A stretch of DNA of 64,000 bases, from assembly GCA_963693365.1 (NCBI GenBank), contig CAVNZM010000010.1, positions 1,364,001-1,428,000 of the forward strand, given 5' to 3'. This DNA comes from Amoebidium appalachense (taxonomy: Eukaryota; Protista; Ichthyosporea). A program made the position numbers and the translations under genes. Position 1 is the first letter of the stretch. Each line of letters starts with the position of its first letter. This document shows, piece by piece, positions 59,951 through 64,000 of this stretch. Below the pieces are notes generated by a model that did not search any database, was not told where the DNA came from, and saw nothing but the letters and a program-made list of their open reading frames with translations.

Positions 59951-61536
59951 ATGCCCCAAAACTCCACAATGGACATCTGGAGCCAAAAATGGACCGCAAA
60001 ACAGCTGGATATCCTTACCACCACCACGAGGGTAGCCTCCATATCAGGCATGTTGGGTTCCTTGAGCATCATGGCTCTTTTTTCCGTTACGCCTAAGAAC
60101 AGAAGACAGATTCATCACCACATTCTGCTCTTTATGAGCATATCCGAGGTGTGCGGGAGCATTGGGACGGTGATGGCGATGTCCGCTTATGGAAACCACG
60201 CTGTCTGCGAAGTCCAGGTACAGGAAGTTGATTTCTTTATGATGTATGTTGTGTGGCGTGGAACATGTTTTTGGTAACTGCTATAACGGAAGGATTTCTC
60301 GAGGTATTATTAATTATTAGACCGGTCGGTAGTCGTTTGTGGTCTTCACACCAAGTCCTGCACACACGCAAAAACACGCACACAAAAAAAACGAAAACAC
60401 ACACTCCGGTAGACACGATTTTGCGGTGGTACTTTCAACGTAACCGGTGAGCTACAGTCGCCCGTACAAAAGGCCACACAAGAGCACTAGCTAGCTTGTA
60501 GAAAGGGTTTTTTTTTTTTGTAATTTGGTTTTTCTTTCCCGATGTACTTCTTCCCTCTGCCCACGTGTGTTTACTAAGCCTAACCGGGCCACCGTACTCT
60601 CCCTCCTTCCCCCTCCCCACCCTCCGCTCTCCCCCACACCACGACCACATGAGACTAGACTAACCACCACCACCCTGTCCTCCTTTTTTGCAGGGCTGGC
60701 TGATTCAATTTGCCCTTTCGGGTGTTTTGTGGAATGTCTGCCTTGCTACGGACATGCTTCTGCGACTCCTCTGGGCATGGAAAGAGGATGAAAGCCGCCA
60801 ACTTCTCAAATACTACCACCTTTTCTGCTGGCTTTTTCCCCTCGTGTCCGCGTCTCTGCTCGTAAAATGGGACGCTTTCGGTCCGGCAGGAACATGGTGC
60901 TGGATTCACCACGACTTCAAGATGTACCGTTTTGCTTTTTACTACATCATCGTATGGGTGTCGTGGGCTTACATCCTGTTTATCGTAATCCTCCTGATTA
61001 GGCACATCACCCATATATGGCACGAGGCCGGGCACCATGTTGACAGCAACAAGATTTACGTTATTGTTCAGGTCGCGAGTTATTCCATTGCTTTTCTTCT
61101 GTCGTGGGCACCCGGCACACCCAACCGCATTCATAATCTACTCCATCCAAACGATCCGGTTTTCGCACTGGTTTTCATGCACTGTCTCCTCTTTCCCCTT
61201 CAGGGGTTCATTAACTTTTTCGTTTATACGGCCCCGGGGCTCTATCGGAAATGGCACAAAGGCAGAACAATTAATCTCGCAAACAACGGGATAACTGTTG
61301 TTTCGGCCGATGACGCGTCAAAAAACACGGAAACGATCAGTGCACACCAGAGATCCAGCCTGGTCACGCCATCATGCCATGCTATGCTTCATGAGAAAAA
61401 ACCTACGGCAATTAATCACAGCATAACGGACGAAGTATTCACGGATATAATATTGGACGAGATTGTAAACGGCCAAGTGAGTCGAAAGAATTCCACGAAT
61501 GTAAGTGGGGAAGCGGCACACTCGGAGATGGTTTAA
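59951..61536 (+). CDS. 7-TM GPCR of the cAMP-receptor-like / GCR1 (Dicty_CAR) type, ~369 aa, 2 exons
   Basis: Exon 1 is 59951-60217 (ends AVCEVQ|gtacag); exon 2 is 60694-61536 (ttgcag|GWLIQF). It has seven hydrophobic segments, C.VQGWLIQF...S.VLW..CLA in TM3, KYYHLFCW..P, extracellular FGPAGTWCWI, Y..AFLLSWAPGT.NRI in TM6 and PLQGFINFFVY in TM7. Confidence 0.88.
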
Positions 61537-61800
61537 GCGCGCAAATCCGCCTGCCGTAGTGGGGTTTTTCATCGATTTTATCTTAAATATCCACATCATA
61601 CGATAGCCCAACGATAGCCCAAGAGGGAAAATGAGGGGAACAAATAAGTATGCTTTCGTAGTAATGATAGTAATGTTACCATTTCTTGTGCAAGGTCTTA
61701 AGCTTACGCGTACTTTCTTTTCTATGAATATTTAGCCGCTAAGTTAGGGGGGTTAAAATGGTTTTATACAGTGTCGTAACGAATGTTTCGAATTTCAATC

Positions 61801-61862
61801 CCATTTTTAGATATACATGGCCCATTTTTAGATATACATGGCCCATTTTTAGATATACATGG
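61801..61862. repeat. 21-bp tandem repeat x3
   Basis: CCATTTTTAGATATACATGGC repeated three times. Confidence 0.9.
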
Positions 61863-61923
61863 TAGTGCTATACCTACGGGATATCGATATTACCTTAAGA
61901 GTATGCGCCGTGACGGGCGCACG

Positions 61924-61966
<43 letters not shown>

Positions 61967-62105
61967 CGCCCACACGCTTGCAAACACACACGTAAACATG
62001 TAGACACATGTGCACACTGCGACACACTGTGACACTCGCACAATGTTCCCTTTTTGAACCAGAAAGCACAGAAACAGTTTTTGCGCTGTTTTACTTCAAG
62101 AGCGC

Positions 62106-62277
62106 ACGTTTATATCTCGTCATCATACAAGAAACGGCAGCCTAATTAGGCCAAATATTGCCTAGTGCAATAAGTATTATGTTCTATGGAGACGTTTATA
62201 TCTCGTTATCATACAAGAAACGGCAGCCTAATTAGCCAAATATTGCCTAGTGTAATAAGTATTATGTTCTATGGAGA
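62106..62277. repeat. ~86-bp tandem duplication
   Basis: ACGTTTATATCTCGT.ATCATACAAGAAACGGCAGCCTAATTAG...GTTCTATGGAG at 62106 and 62192. Confidence 0.9.
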
Positions 62278-62515
62278 AACCTCCCTATATAAAGAATTGG
62301 CTGTGAGTAGTGGAATGTAAGATAGAGCATGCGGCAATGGTTATCATTAGGTTATTATGTGAAACCGTGTGAATATGGACGAATTGTGTTCATACCGAAA
62401 CTGGTTTTCGGATTTTATTGCATATGTGACTTTTATGAATATAAATTTATGAATATATCTGATGTGTGATATTCTCGTTGGGCTGCCTTTGGCCGTATCA
62501 GTCCGAAGTTGGTAT

Positions 62516-62912
62516 TTTTATTTCTTATTTATCCCGTTTCACTCCCGGCGAGGCACTGCCTCAGGGGAGCTTACCGTCTTCCGCCTAGACACAGATCGTA
62601 CTGTATAGTACACTCATAAGTCAGGATTCTAATTGACCCCAACTGGCACTATTTTTAGTTACACCTTATCCCACGGTTCTAGCCGCAGCAACGCTAGTAG
62701 GGAAGTGAGCACAGCTCACTTTAACAACACCAGCCGGGAGCGACCCGGGACACATACACAAACATAAAGACTTGAAAGGGAAGACCCCATGCCCAGGACG
62801 CTGACCCGAACCGTGGCCGGTGACTCGGATTGGTCTCCCACTTGAACGTTGGGCCGGGATACCCAAGCGGCGCGCCGTCGACGTCAGAGGGCCGGTGCTG
62901 TTCATGACGTCA
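62516..62912 (-). mobile_element. SINE-like retroposon, family 2, with target-site duplication and A-rich tail
   Basis: Direct repeat TCAGTCCGAAGTTGGTAT at 62498-62515 and 62910-62927 (15-18 bp TSD). The minus-strand 3' end is A-rich (ATAAATAAGAAATAAAA). Confidence 0.85.
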
Positions 62913-64000
62913 GTCCGAAGTTGGTATATTTTAGGCATATATCGCGGATATCAATGTAAGCGGCTTCAACAAAACAGAATTTCCAGACATATATCTTGGA
63001 TATCAGAAATTTTTGGTTTTGCGACTTTGAAACAGATTTTCAAGACATGTATCAAGACATGTATCATAAAGATTTATACAGTCTATAATTTGGGAAGCGG
63101 TGTGAGCACAGCCCGTCGTGTGCATGTGTGGCTTACAGTAACTGCGTTTTCCAGCACGGCCACACACTTGATGACGGGCGCCACAGGCGCCCCAAGCTAT
63201 ATATATACATATACACCGGAGTACGGGATAATTATACACCATTGTCAAAATGTTTTTACGGTTTCGGAACCACATTTCACTGGGTCGGACATATATCATG
63301 GATATCAAAAAGATTATCCAACTTCGATGTATGGGCTGCAGCACAAAAATGCTTCGAAATCGCATGGTTATGCTCTTCTCAGACAGACCAGTTTGTTTGA
63401 GAGGCGAGATATTCTTTTTCCTCCCAGGCCTAATTGTGTACTAGTATGGATCCTCCCTGCCATTAATATTCTCCACCATTAAAATCAATAGTGGGAAAGC
63501 TGGGTTATTTTTAAAAAAAATTATGCCTGCAGCCAGAATTTTGGATGATCTTATTAGCGGACACATTGACAAATCACTCTGGAGCATGCATGAATATGCA
63601 TGGAATGTGCATGGCAAGAGGAGGGGAATAGCCAAGCACGATGCAGAAGAGATATGAAATAGAGGCTCGAGCTCAAACACAAACTTTTGAAAACACGGCG
63701 GTGGTCCGACAAAACATTGGTTCTGTGTCATGCTCCCTTTTTGCCCGGCCTGCTGCAGATGCACGAATATTGAGCTCTCGGGGAGCCCCCCCCTCCCCCC
63801 CCCTCGCCTTCACCTCCGGCAGAGGCCAAAAATAAAATTTTGACAGCGGCTTTTGAAATTTGATACTATGCCCAACAACCCGGCCCAAACTTTGTTGGGG
63901 GGGGGGGGGGGGGGGGGGGGGGGGTTGAATGGTGGAAGGCATCTGTATGTAGTTAGAGTCGTTAACCGTTAACAGTGTGTTGGTTTGGCTAATTCAACTC

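Noticed and set aside
62928-63800. ORF 62820-63482 (220 aa) and neighbouring frames
   Set aside because: It begins inside the SINE-like element and has no recognisable domain; it may be decayed TE sequence, but this cannot be supported.

Overview
Eukaryotic genomic DNA, probably from a protist; the lineage cannot be assigned from sequence alone. Short exons lie in introns packed with poly(C)/poly(G) tracts and CA/GT, GA/CT and TAT microsatellites, so almost all ORFs in the supplied track are low-complexity artefacts. Manual splicing gives four + strand genes: (1) the last 11 exons of a Cys-type SelO AMPylase (413-10081); (2) a 6-exon FAM72 homologue (14128-18535); (3) a 25-exon, ~1000-aa protein with TM, DUF1769, PX-like, PH and DUF547 regions (22950-53870); (4) a 2-exon cAMP-receptor/GCR1-like GPCR (59951-61536). 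The main non-coding observation is an intronic ~445-nt repeat family with more than 20 copies or fragments in two subfamilies. Its copies share a 3' end abutting poly(C), sit in C-tracts, lie almost always sense to the host gene, form head-to-tail dimers with the same C7 junction, and carry a fold with compensatory base changes. This suggests a candidate poly(C)-targeting structured retroposon or retrozyme-like element. The window also contains repeated 'echo' copies of exon ends with their splice sites, a Harbinger-like MITE, a second SINE-like family with a clear target-site duplication (TSD), and two decayed antisense spliced units. Gene models and family names come from reading and motif recall only; no database search was run.
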